This document shows, piece after piece, positions 8,950-16,796 of a DNA stretch of 64,000 nt. The translations under genes and the position numbers were made by a program. Position 1 is the first letter of the stretch, and each line of letters begins with the position of its first letter. The notes beneath the pieces were generated by a model. That model did no database searches, was not told where the DNA came from, and was given only the letters and a program-made list of their open reading frames with translations. Source of the stretch: an uncultured Clostridia bacterium (GTDB lineage Bacteria; Bacillota; Clostridia; Christensenellales; CAG-917); assembly GCA_944372795.1 (NCBI GenBank), contig CALWAF010000004.1:1165-65164 (forward strand), written 5' to 3'.

Positions 8950-9747
8950 ATGCCCGACAGAGCTAAAGATAAGGTGGTCGTCATCACCGGCGCGACCGCA
9001 GGGATAGGCAAAGCAGCGGCGCTCCTTTTCAGGCAAAAGGGCGCGAAAGTGGTGTGCCTCGCCCGCAGAGAAGCGGCGGAATTCGACAGCATCCCCACCG
9101 ACATCACGGACGGCGAGGCGGTGAAGAGCGCCATCCGCGCGGTGAAGGAAAAGTACGGCAGGATAGACATCCTCGTCAACAACGCCGGCATGGGCATCTC
9201 GGGTGCCGCGGAGGACACCGACGAAGCTGCCGTGCGTAAGATATTCGAGCTCAACTTCTTCGGAGCGCTGCGCGTGAGCAGAGAGGTCATCCCGGTCATG
9301 CGCGAGGGAGGCGGCGGCACCATCGTCAACGTGAGCTCGGTGGCTGCGGAGCTCGCCATCCCCTTCCAATCCTTCTACTCCGCGACAAAAGCCGCACTCT
9401 CCTCCCTCTCCGCCGCGATGAGGAACGAGCTTGCTCCCTTCGGGATAAAGGTGACCGCGGTGCTGCCCGGCGACGTGAAGACGGATTTCACCGCGTCGCG
9501 CGAGAAGAACGCCTCGGACAACCCCGCCTACGGCGACAGAGTGAAGAGGTCCGTCGCGGTGATGGAACGCGACGAACGCGGCGGCATGTCCCCCGACGTC
9601 ATCGCCCGCCTCATCGTCAAGGGCGCGACGGAGAAAAATCCGCCCGTCAGCCGCATCGGCGGGTGGAAGTACGTGCTGCTGGTGCGCCTTGCGCATATGC
9701 TGCCCGCACGGCTGACGTCGTACATTCTGGGCAAGATGTACGCCTAA
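8950..9747 (+). CDS. Short-chain dehydrogenase/reductase (SDR) family oxidoreductase
   Basis: It has the TGATAGIGKA cofactor motif, NNAG, and the YSATKAA catalytic Tyr-x3-Lys. Confidence 0.9.
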   Translation: MPDRAKDKVVVITGATAGIGKAAALLFRQKGAKVVCLARREAAEFDSIPTDITDGEAVKSAIRAVKEKYGRIDILVNNAGMGISGAAEDTDEAAVRKIFELNFFGALRVSREVIPVMREGGGGTIVNVSSVAAELAIPFQSFYSATKAALSSLSAAMRNELAPFGIKVTAVLPGDVKTDFTASREKNASDNPAYGDRVKRSVAVMERDERGGMSPDVIARLIVKGATEKNPPVSRIGGWKYVLLVRLAHMLPARLTSYILGKMYA

Positions 9748-9869
9748 CCTCCGCAGGAGCCCGTGCGAGCGGATTTCCGCGCTCGGCGGCTTTAATGCTT
9801 ATTTAAGATTATAAGAAAATACTTTAACAGCAAACTAATCATATTGCTGCCTTGGAGAGACGGAAACGT

Positions 9870-10553
9870 ATGAGAATCCTTTTGGTAGAAGACGAAAAAG
9901 ATCTTTCCCGTGCCATCGCGAAAATGCTCACGAAAGACGGCTATGACGTGGACTGCGTCTACGACGGCGTGGACGGACTCAGCTTCTCGCTGTCCGGGCT
10001 TTACGATCTCATCATGCTGGATGTGATCATGCCCAAAATGAACGGCTTCGAAGTGCTGTCGGAGCTGCGCCGCAAGAAGGTGGAGACCCCCATCCTCATG
10101 CTCACCGCCCTCGGCGACGAACAGGACAAGATCGCGGGGCTGGACCGCGGCGCGGACGACTATGTGTCCAAACCCTTCTCCTTCGACGAGCTCGCCGCGC
10201 GCATACGCGCCCTCCTGCGCAGACGCGGTAAACTCGTCACCGACAACAAGCTGGAGTACGCCGAGGCGACCCTCGACCTCACCTCCTACACCCTCTCCAC
10301 CCCCAAGGGCGAGATCGGGCTCACCGCAAAGGAATTCGAACTGCTCCGCTATATGTTCGAATATCCCAACTTCGTGGCAGGCAAGGAGGACCTCATCCTG
10401 AAAGCGTGGGGGCTGGACAGCGACTTCGAGTCCAACAACCTCGAAGTGTACATCTCCTTCATCCGCAAGAAGCTCAACCACCTCGACGCCTCCTTCACCA
10501 TCGAAGCGGTGCGCGGCGTGGGATATCGCTTCGTCCCCCGCAAGAAAAACTGA
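9870..10553 (+). CDS. OmpR-family response regulator
   Basis: The ATG at 9870 is preceded by GGAGAG. The product starts MRILLVEDEKDL, has the receiver Asp context IMLDVIMP, and ends in the winged-helix EAVRGVGYRF. Confidence 0.92.
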   Translation: MRILLVEDEKDLSRAIAKMLTKDGYDVDCVYDGVDGLSFSLSGLYDLIMLDVIMPKMNGFEVLSELRRKKVETPILMLTALGDEQDKIAGLDRGADDYVSKPFSFDELAARIRALLRRRGKLVTDNKLEYAEATLDLTSYTLSTPKGEIGLTAKEFELLRYMFEYPNFVAGKEDLILKAWGLDSDFESNNLEVYISFIRKKLNHLDASFTIEAVRGVGYRFVPRKKN

Positions 10554-10674
10554 CCTTTCGCGCCGTGCGTGAGCACGGCGTTTTCATTGGGTACGGCAAC
10601 GCGCCGAAGTGACGAATCGCGCGAAACGCACGTTTACAACGCGTTTTTGCACGATAAACATAGGGCTAGACAGA

Positions 10675-11997
10675 ATGGAAGCATCACTCAAACGGCTCCG
10701 CATACGCTTCACCGCATCCATGGGACTGCTCTCGGGCGTCCTTTTGCTGGTGCTTTCCGTCATACTCTGCATCGCCGTATTCGCCTCTTCGGAGATCACC
10801 TCCGCCGCCGTGCTCGACACCATGCTCAAAAGCCCCGACGACGAAGTGGTGGACGATATGGGACGCCCGTGCTTTATGTTCGTCGTCACCCCTGCGGGCA
10901 TAAGCATCCCCCCCGCCTATGAGGACAGGGTGCTGGTGTACGGCAGCAACGCCGACGACATCATGCAGGCGGCGATAAAGACCCGCTCCGGCAAATTCTC
11001 GGAGGGCGGGATGCATTTCCGCGTGCGCTCCGCAGCTCTCAACGACTCCACCACCCTCGTTGCCGTCATAGACCGCACCGCGGACAGGCAGAACCTCGTC
11101 ACCGTCTCTTCCCTCATCATCCTCATCTACATCACCTCCCTTCTGGTGGCGGTGCTCTTCTTCTATCTCTACTCTTCCTACGCGCTGGCGCCCGTGGGCG
11201 AATCAATGCAAAAACAGCGCGACCTCATCGCCAACGCCTCCCACGAGCTAAAGACCCCGCTCACGGTCATAGCCACTAACCTCGCCGTGATGAAGTCGGA
11301 GCCTCATTCCACCATCGAGGAAAACGCCAAGTGGATGGAAGCCATCGAGGCGCAGATCAAGCGCATGAACGGGCTCATCACGGGTATGCTGCAACTCTCC
11401 AAAATGGAGAACGTCCCCCTCACCCTCACCGACGTAGACCTCAGCGAGATAACGGAAGGCGCCTGCCTCGGCTTCGACGCCGTCTGCTTCGAGAAAGGGC
11501 TGCGCCTCGTGACCAAGATCGCGCCCGGCATCCGCGTCATGGGCGACAAGGACGCCCTCGACCGCCTCGTCGCGAGCCTGCTGGACAACGCCACCAAGTA
11601 CTGCGGACCCGAAGGAAAGATCGGGCTGCGCCTCACCGCCGACAACAGACGCGCGAGATTGTGCGTCATAAATACGGGCGATCCCGTCTCCGACGAGGAC
11701 GCCAAACACATCTTCGACCGCTTTTACCGCTCCGACGGCGCTCGCAGCAACCCCGACAACAACAGCTTCGGGCTGGGCCTCGCGATCGCCCGCGCCACCG
11801 TCGAGGCACACGGCGGCACCATCACCTGCCACGGCATCGCGGACAAGGGCACAGTCTTCGAGGTAATGATCCCCCTCGCCAAGACCTCCGCCCGCAAAAC
11901 GGATCAGCGCAGCGTCACCCCCGTCTCCGACTCCGCCACCGATTACACCGCGGAAAACGACGACGACTGCGACCTGCTTCCCCCCTCCGAAAAATAA
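10675..11997 (+). CDS. Sensor histidine kinase (HisKA + HATPase_c)
   Basis: It has two N-terminal hydrophobic segments, the H-box SHELKTPLTVI, the N-box LLDNATKY, and G-boxes INTGDPV and GLGLAIA. The start at ATG 10675 was chosen over the track's upstream alternative start. Confidence 0.88.
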   Translation: MEASLKRLRIRFTASMGLLSGVLLLVLSVILCIAVFASSEITSAAVLDTMLKSPDDEVVDDMGRPCFMFVVTPAGISIPPAYEDRVLVYGSNADDIMQAAIKTRSGKFSEGGMHFRVRSAALNDSTTLVAVIDRTADRQNLVTVSSLIILIYITSLLVAVLFFYLYSSYALAPVGESMQKQRDLIANASHELKTPLTVIATNLAVMKSEPHSTIEENAKWMEAIEAQIKRMNGLITGMLQLSKMENVPLTLTDVDLSEITEGACLGFDAVCFEKGLRLVTKIAPGIRVMGDKDALDRLVASLLDNATKYCGPEGKIGLRLTADNRRARLCVINTGDPVSDEDAKHIFDRFYRSDGARSNPDNNSFGLGLAIARATVEAHGGTITCHGIADKGTVFEVMIPLAKTSARKTDQRSVTPVSDSATDYTAENDDDCDLLPPSEK

Positions 11998-12328
11998 AAG
12001 ACAGCCGTTCGGGTTTCCCCTCTCGCCCGCCCGTTTTGTGCAAGCCGTTTAATGTTTATGAAATGTGCTTAATTTTAATTTAAGTTTCAAAACCCACTGT
12101 TTAGTAGCATTCTGGCGCGAAAATTATATTTTTATGAAATTTTTTACAAGAAAAATTTTTATTTTATTTTTATTTAATAATGCCGTTTTACATTATAGAC
12201 AAAGAGAGCGATCTCTTCCCCACATAACTTGCACTTCGTCCGCTACACAGTGCAAGCCCCAAAAGCGAACTTCCCCATTCTATGCTGATTTCTTAAGCCC
12301 TTATAATACTCCGGCGGACGACCAAGAG

Positions 12329-12356
12329 CACACGCAAACGCGTGTGTTTTTGATTT
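12329..12356 (+). terminator. Orphan intrinsic-terminator-like hairpin
   Basis: CACACGC-aaac-GCGTGTG followed by TTTTTGATTT. It lies 330 nt downstream of the HK stop, just before the repeat island. Confidence 0.45.
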
Positions 12357-12380
12357 GCCGCGCCATGCGCGGAGATGCTT

Positions 12381-12758
12381 CGTGCTCAAACGTGAGAATA
12401 GGTGCAGTCCCCCGACATGGGAGTATTGTTCCCCCTCCTCCCCTTCGGGACTCCTCCCCCACTCGGAATAGAGTTCGCTCCTCCTAAAATGCGGGACTTA
12501 CTTTTTCATAAAGGCGCGAACCGCGCCTTTATGAAAACACCTCTTGAAAAAAGTTTGAGTCTCGCACTCACTTATTCAAGCAGCGAACAGTACTCACTGA
12601 ACATCGCTCGCGGGGAGAGGAGGGCGACTCGACGCGCACGAAGCCCGTGTCTACTTAACGCCTCATCTAGCTTGCGAGGTCGCATTCGCGCCGCGACTTG
12701 CAAGAGCGGGCACAAACGCCCGCTGTGCAAGTTTGGGTGAGCGGCGCGTAATTCCGTC
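12381..12758 (-). repeat. Family X interspersed repeat, copy X_A (~378 bp, carries a 27-bp hairpin insertion at 12507-12533)
   Basis: It is near-identical (as reverse complement) to 20821-21168 and 21407-21750, and collinear with 48204-48547. Confidence 0.85.
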
Positions 12759-12828
12759 TTTGAAATAGAATCGGCGTGCTCGGGGACGCTCCGAATAAGT
12801 GCACGTTTGACAGCTTCACAAAAACCCC

Positions 12829-13275
12829 GAGCGTGACGTCGCTTGACATGATGTTATCTCGTTCGGAGTGGAGCCGCTCACCAAGCGCTCACAGGGCGAA
12901 GCCCTCTTGAGCGCCGCGCCTCCTGCCCCACGCGAAAAATCGGAGATTTTTCCCGCGGGGACCCCGTATGAGATCGCAGAGTGCCGCACCGAAGGTATAG
13001 CGATTGTTACACGAAGTGTCAATCGCGTTGGGCTGACGAAACGTGCGCCGGCAATGCGCCACTCTTTTCGCGAAGCGGGCGCATTGCAAGCGGCATAACA
13101 TGGCGGCGCCGTGGAGGCGCCGTCCTCGGACGCCCTCGTGCCCGAGCGCCGAAGGTGTCCCCCGAAATGGTGGGTCCCCTTTTAAGGGGGAACGATTTCG
13201 GGGGAAACCCGACAGGAAGGGGGTAAGCAATACTCCCATGTCAGGGACGTGCACCCTATTTCACGTTTGAGCACG
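12829..13275 (+). repeat. Family Y interspersed repeat, copy Y_A (contains one H-type hairpin unit at 12926-12966)
   Basis: It is the reverse complement of 47441-47801 apart from an internal replacement. The segment 13043-13215 is nearly identical, with 3 substitutions. Confidence 0.85.
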
Positions 13276-13304
13276 ACGTTTCCTCGGCTCCTACTCCCCG
13301 CCCG

Positions 13305-13428
13305 CTGACGCTCTCATTTGGATGCAGAACGCGAAAGCACCCCTTTTCAGGCGAGGCGCGTACTAAACCGTACGTAACGAGCCTGAAAAGAGGTGCTGAC
13401 AAAGTTATGCGCCAAATGAGAGCGTCAG
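13305..13428. repeat. Family T nested palindromic element, copy T2
   Basis: It has the same termini as T1. The middle stem is GCACCCCTTTTCAGGC/GCCTGAAAAGAGGTGC. Bases 13425-13427 are the TGA stop of the CofE-like gene. Confidence 0.9.
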
Positions 13429-14609
13429 TCGGCGTAGTTGGTGAAATAGTTTTGAATATAAACTATAGGCGTCCCCTTGTCACCCGAGCCGGAGGTGAGA
13501 TCCGCGAGGGAACCGAGGAGGTCGGTGAGACGACGGGGGGTGGTGCCTTGGGATGCCTGCGAGGCGAAGAGGGAGGACGGCTTGGCTTTGATCATGTCTT
13601 GGATGGCGCGCTTGGCGTCCTCGCCGCGGAGATCGCCGATGGCGTTGTCGGCAAGATATTTGAGCTTGAGCTCGTTGGGAGTGCCGACGAGCCCGGAGGT
13701 GTAAGCGGGAGAGACGACGGGGTCGGCGAGCTCCCAGATCTTGCCGACGGGGTCCTTGAAGGCGCCGTCGCCGTAGACCATGACTTCCACCCTCTTGCCC
13801 GTCTTTTCGAGCAGAATGGACTGCACTCTTTCCACGAACTTGTCGCAGTCGCGGGGGAAGAGTTTGACGCTGTCGTCGGTGGCGAGATTGGAGCCGAGGA
13901 TGCCGTAGTCGGGGTTATAGCCGCTGCCATCGACGGGAGCGTTCATTATCTCGTGCATGGAGATGACCTTCTCCGCGCCCGCGGCAAGCAGAAGACGCTT
14001 GGTGCGGAAGCGGGTGTGGATGTCCGCGTTGATGACGACCTTGGTGTACTTCAGGATCTCCTGCGGACGGTTGGCGAGGATTATCTCGGTGCCCTCGCCC
14101 GCCATCTCCTTGTAAAGGGCGATATAGTCCATGCCCGTGAAGGGGTGCTTGACCTCTCCGAAGGTGTCGTAGACCTGTTTCTCGGTGAAGACGTCGGTGT
14201 AAGGATTGACGCCGTGCTCGTCGAGGGCGTCGATGTCCATAAGATGATTGCCCACCTCGTCGGAAGGATAGCTCAACATGATGACGAGCTTGTCCACGCC
14301 CTTGGAGATGCCTTTGAGCAGCATGGAGAAGCGGTTGCGGGAAAGGATGGGGAAGATGAGTCCCACCGTGCCGCCGCCCGTCTTCGCGCGGACGTCCTTT
14401 GCGATCTGATCCACCGTGGCGTAGTTGCCCTGCGCGCGCGCCACGACTGCCTCCGTCACGGCGAGCACGTCGCGGTCTTGGATGTCGAAACCGGTGCGGG
14501 AGTCGAACGCCGCCGCGAGCAGACTGTCCGCGACTATGGCGGCGAGATCATCGCCCTTCTTGATGATGGGAGCCTTGATACCTCTTGAGATCGTGCCGAC
14601 TGTAGCCAT
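13425..14609 (-). CDS. F420-0:gamma-glutamyl ligase (CofE)-family protein, function unknown in this context
   Basis: A 394-aa ORF starts at an ATG with a GGAGG RBS. The N-terminus MATVGTISRGIKAPIIKKGDDLAAIV and the motifs GILGSNLA and YGDGAFKDP resemble the PF01996 family as I recall it. The family assignment is from memory only. Confidence 0.55.
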   Translation of the reverse strand: MATVGTISRGIKAPIIKKGDDLAAIVADSLLAAAFDSRTGFDIQDRDVLAVTEAVVARAQGNYATVDQIAKDVRAKTGGGTVGLIFPILSRNRFSMLLKGISKGVDKLVIMLSYPSDEVGNHLMDIDALDEHGVNPYTDVFTEKQVYDTFGEVKHPFTGMDYIALYKEMAGEGTEIILANRPQEILKYTKVVINADIHTRFRTKRLLLAAGAEKVISMHEIMNAPVDGSGYNPDYGILGSNLATDDSVKLFPRDCDKFVERVQSILLEKTGKRVEVMVYGDGAFKDPVGKIWELADPVVSPAYTSGLVGTPNELKLKYLADNAIGDLRGEDAKRAIQDMIKAKPSSLFASQASQGTTPRRLTDLLGSLADLTSGSGDKGTPIVYIQNYFTNYAD

Positions 14610-14756
14610 ATATCCTCCGTATGTTTGGATGTCGCAAGTAATGCGCGGGTGCGCACCCGCACAACGGATATATTATACAACACCTTCTCCGTCGTGTAAA
14701 CTACAAATGTTCCCGCCGCCGTTGACAAAAATCCCGAGCGGGCGCATACTTCCCGT

Positions 14757-15599
14757 ATGGATCTCAAATCACTCACGTTCAGGATCGCCCGCGTAGGTCT
14801 GCACCGCTTCGAAGAACCCTGCATCTCGGGGGAAAACGGCAGCGGCACGGTCTTCTTTTCGGGCTGCGATATGCGCTGCCCGTTCTGCCAGAATGCGGAG
14901 ATATCCCGAGACGGCAAGGGCGTGAACGTGAACGGCGAGGAATTGCTCTCCCTCTTTCTTCACCTCGAAAAAGAGGGCGCGGAGAACCTGAACCTCGTCA
15001 CCCCCACTCCGTGGGCTGAAAGGCTGATACCCGCACTTAAAGAATATAAAACGCGCGGTAAACTGCCTGTTGTGTGGAATAGCAACGGCGCGGACGCCCT
15101 CCCGCACCTGCGCGGGCTCGAGGGACTCGTGGATGTATGGCTGCCCGACCTGAAATATTCCGACCCCGCTCTCGCCCTCGAATACGGCGCGCCCGAGAAC
15201 TATCCCGAACGCGCGCGTGCCGCTCTGAAAGAGATGCGCAGGCAGGCTCCCGAGGACGTCTTCGACGAGCGCGGGATGATGAGGAAAGGAGTCATCGTAC
15301 GTCACCTCGTGCTGCCGGGCGCCGCCGACAACACGGCGGGCGCGATGAGGATGATCGCGGACATCGACCGCACCCTCTTCGTCAGCGTGATGGCGCAATA
15401 CTTCCCCACTCCCGCAGTGAAAGACCATCCCCTGCTCTCCCGCAGGGTGACGGCGGCAGAATACGACAAAGCGTTGGACGCCTTCTTTGCCGCGGGGCTG
15501 AAAAACGGGTTCTCGCAAGACCCCGAGAGCGCCACGGAAGACTATGTCCCCGATTTTGCGGGAAGCATAGAGGAACTGAAAGACCTGCTCGGCGGTTGA
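14757..15599 (+). CDS. Radical SAM protein, PflX-like (pyruvate formate-lyase activase-related)
   Basis: It carries the CDMRCPFCQN CxxxCxxC cluster motif about 35 aa from the N-terminus and is 280 aa long. No SD precedes the ATG, so the mRNA may be leaderless or the start may lie elsewhere. Confidence 0.75.
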   Translation: MDLKSLTFRIARVGLHRFEEPCISGENGSGTVFFSGCDMRCPFCQNAEISRDGKGVNVNGEELLSLFLHLEKEGAENLNLVTPTPWAERLIPALKEYKTRGKLPVVWNSNGADALPHLRGLEGLVDVWLPDLKYSDPALALEYGAPENYPERARAALKEMRRQAPEDVFDERGMMRKGVIVRHLVLPGAADNTAGAMRMIADIDRTLFVSVMAQYFPTPAVKDHPLLSRRVTAAEYDKALDAFFAAGLKNGFSQDPESATEDYVPDFAGSIEELKDLLGG

Positions 15600-15620
15600 C
15601 CGAGCAGGTCTTTTCCTTTT
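15582..15620 (+). terminator. Intrinsic terminator after the radical SAM gene (possibly bidirectional)
   Basis: GACCTGCTCGG-cggttga-CCGAGCAGGTC followed by TTTTCCTTTT. The hairpin overlaps the stop codon. Confidence 0.75.
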
Positions 15621-15725
15621 GCGCTTATTTTGCGCCTATCCTTTTTACGATGCCGATCTCCGCGGCGGAAAAGAGGCGGAGGACCGCAAGCCGTGGGTGC
15701 GCTGTCGCGGATCGCACCGCAGTCA

Positions 15726-16796
15726 CTACATGGGCAGCGCGAAGAAGAGCGCGACCGCGATGACGAGGGAGACGGCGATCGAGATGACGTCCGCGCGTTT
15801 CAGGCGGAAGGAGCGGCGGTAAGCGAAATAGAGGACGACCTCGCCGATGAGGGTGAGCGCGAGCAGGAGCAACACGAACGCGCCCTCCACGTACATCAGC
15901 CTGCCCATCGCACCCATGAGCGCGCCGTAGACGGGGATGAGCACCTTATAGCCCATGGGCGAAGAGGAGATCTGCCCCACGTTCTCCGCCCTGTCGCGCT
16001 CCGCCCGCAGGAAGAGTGCGACATACGCGGCGACGCTCTCGACGGCGCCGACGGGTAGGGTGACGGCGAGCATGACCGAATCGCCGTGCGACACCAACGT
16101 GCCCGCCTGCGAGACGTTGTGACGGATCATGGCGTCGAAAAAGTCGGCGGCGACGGTGATCGGGCTGTAAGTGAACAGACTGACCGCGATATCCTCAAAT
16201 GACGGATCGCGGACATAAACATCATGATTATACGCATAAAACCCCGCTTGTGTCAAAAACACGAACATGGGCAGCAGCGCGCCCCACAGCACGAGGAAGA
16301 CGATGCCGTCGCCTATCGTGTTGCCCCTCGTGAAGAGGAAGGCGTTGACGCCGAAGAGTCCCGCGCCGAACACCAAGGACAGGAAGTAAAGCGGAAGATA
16401 CCACTCATAGGCGAAGTGGGCGCCCCTTGCCGCGACGACGATGACCGTGAGCCAGAAGCCCACCGTGTACGGGACGAGGGTGAGGACGAGCCCGCCCACC
16501 GTCTTCACCGCGGCGAGGCGGGTGCGCGAGACGGGCAAGGAGTACCACAGATCCACGCTGCGCTTTTTCATGCGATAGGAAAACTGCATGACGGGCGTGA
16601 CGGTGCAGAGCACCGCGAGCACCGCCGTGGACACCATCACGCAGGAATCCGCAGCGAATATCCCCTCGGCATCGAAGCGGGGGTATTCGAGGCTTTGCGT
16701 CGCCGAATAGATGATGCACACCACCGCCGAGACGGCGGAGAATATGACAAGGGGCAAAAGACCTTGTTTCAGCTCATGTCTCAACGCGTTTTTCAT
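15726..16796 (-). CDS. ABC-2-type transporter permease (356 aa, multi-TM)
   Basis: The ATG at 16796 overlaps the upstream ATPase stop (ATGA). The protein MKNALRHELKQGLLPLVIFSAV.. is very hydrophobic, and the gene sits downstream of the GntR and ABC ATPase genes. Confidence 0.75.
   Translation of the reverse strand: MKNALRHELKQGLLPLVIFSAVSAVVCIIYSATQSLEYPRFDAEGIFAADSCVMVSTAVLAVLCTVTPVMQFSYRMKKRSVDLWYSLPVSRTRLAAVKTVGGLVLTLVPYTVGFWLTVIVVAARGAHFAYEWYLPLYFLSLVFGAGLFGVNAFLFTRGNTIGDGIVFLVLWGALLPMFVFLTQAGFYAYNHDVYVRDPSFEDIAVSLFTYSPITVAADFFDAMIRHNVSQAGTLVSHGDSVMLAVTLPVGAVESVAAYVALFLRAERDRAENVGQISSSPMGYKVLIPVYGALMGAMGRLMYVEGAFVLLLLALTLIGEVVLYFAYRRSFRLKRADVISIAVSLVIAVALFFALPM

Larger units (their letters stand above)
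12381..13275. mobile_element. Non-autonomous MITE-like composite of ~895 bp bounded by ~55-bp terminal inverted repeats, with no transposase
   Basis: The left end is CGTGCTCAAACGTGAGAATAGGTGCAGTCCCCCGACATGGGAGTATTGTTCCCCC. The reverse complement of the right end is CGTGCTCAAACGTGAAATAGGGTGCACGTCCCTGACATGGGAGTATTGCTTACCCCC. The interior is made of the X and Y modules found at other loci. Confidence 0.6.

Noticed and set aside
12065-12487. A 140-aa plus-strand ORF in the AT-rich islet.
   Set aside because: It has an alternative start and no RBS. It spans compositionally heterogeneous DNA (the AT-rich islet, then a terminator hairpin, then the TIR of the composite element). There is no protein-like pattern.
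12696-12748. The bulged hairpin modules considered as integron attC sites, with the islands as cassette arrays.
   Set aside because: There is no intI and no cassette ORFs between sites, and I could not identify the R''/R' core sites (RYYYAAC/GTTRRRY) at the expected positions. The resemblance is kept only as an analogy (structure-specific ssDNA recognition) in the finding.
13043-13270. A conserved small ORF inside Y (MRRQCATLFAKRAHCKRHNMAAPWRRRPRTPSCPS..), also at 47492-47674. The three substitutions between copies (13066, 13111, 13147) are all synonymous third positions.
   Set aside because: With three differences, the chance of all sharing one phase is about 1 in 9. An antisense frame is equally synonymous. 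A 1-nt indel breaks the frame near the 3' end. There is no RBS, and the peptide is Arg-rich GC-composition junk. This is not enough evidence for coding.
13425-13428. The TGA followed by a large hairpin (T elements) considered as SECIS-like selenocysteine recoding or programmed read-through. The frames remain open for 25-40 codons beyond the TGA.
   Set aside because: The UGA lies inside the 5' arm of the stem rather than upstream of a SECIS hairpin. The four host proteins are unrelated and have no redox motif at the C-terminus. The open frame simply reflects shared repeat sequence. No selA/selB/selD context is visible.
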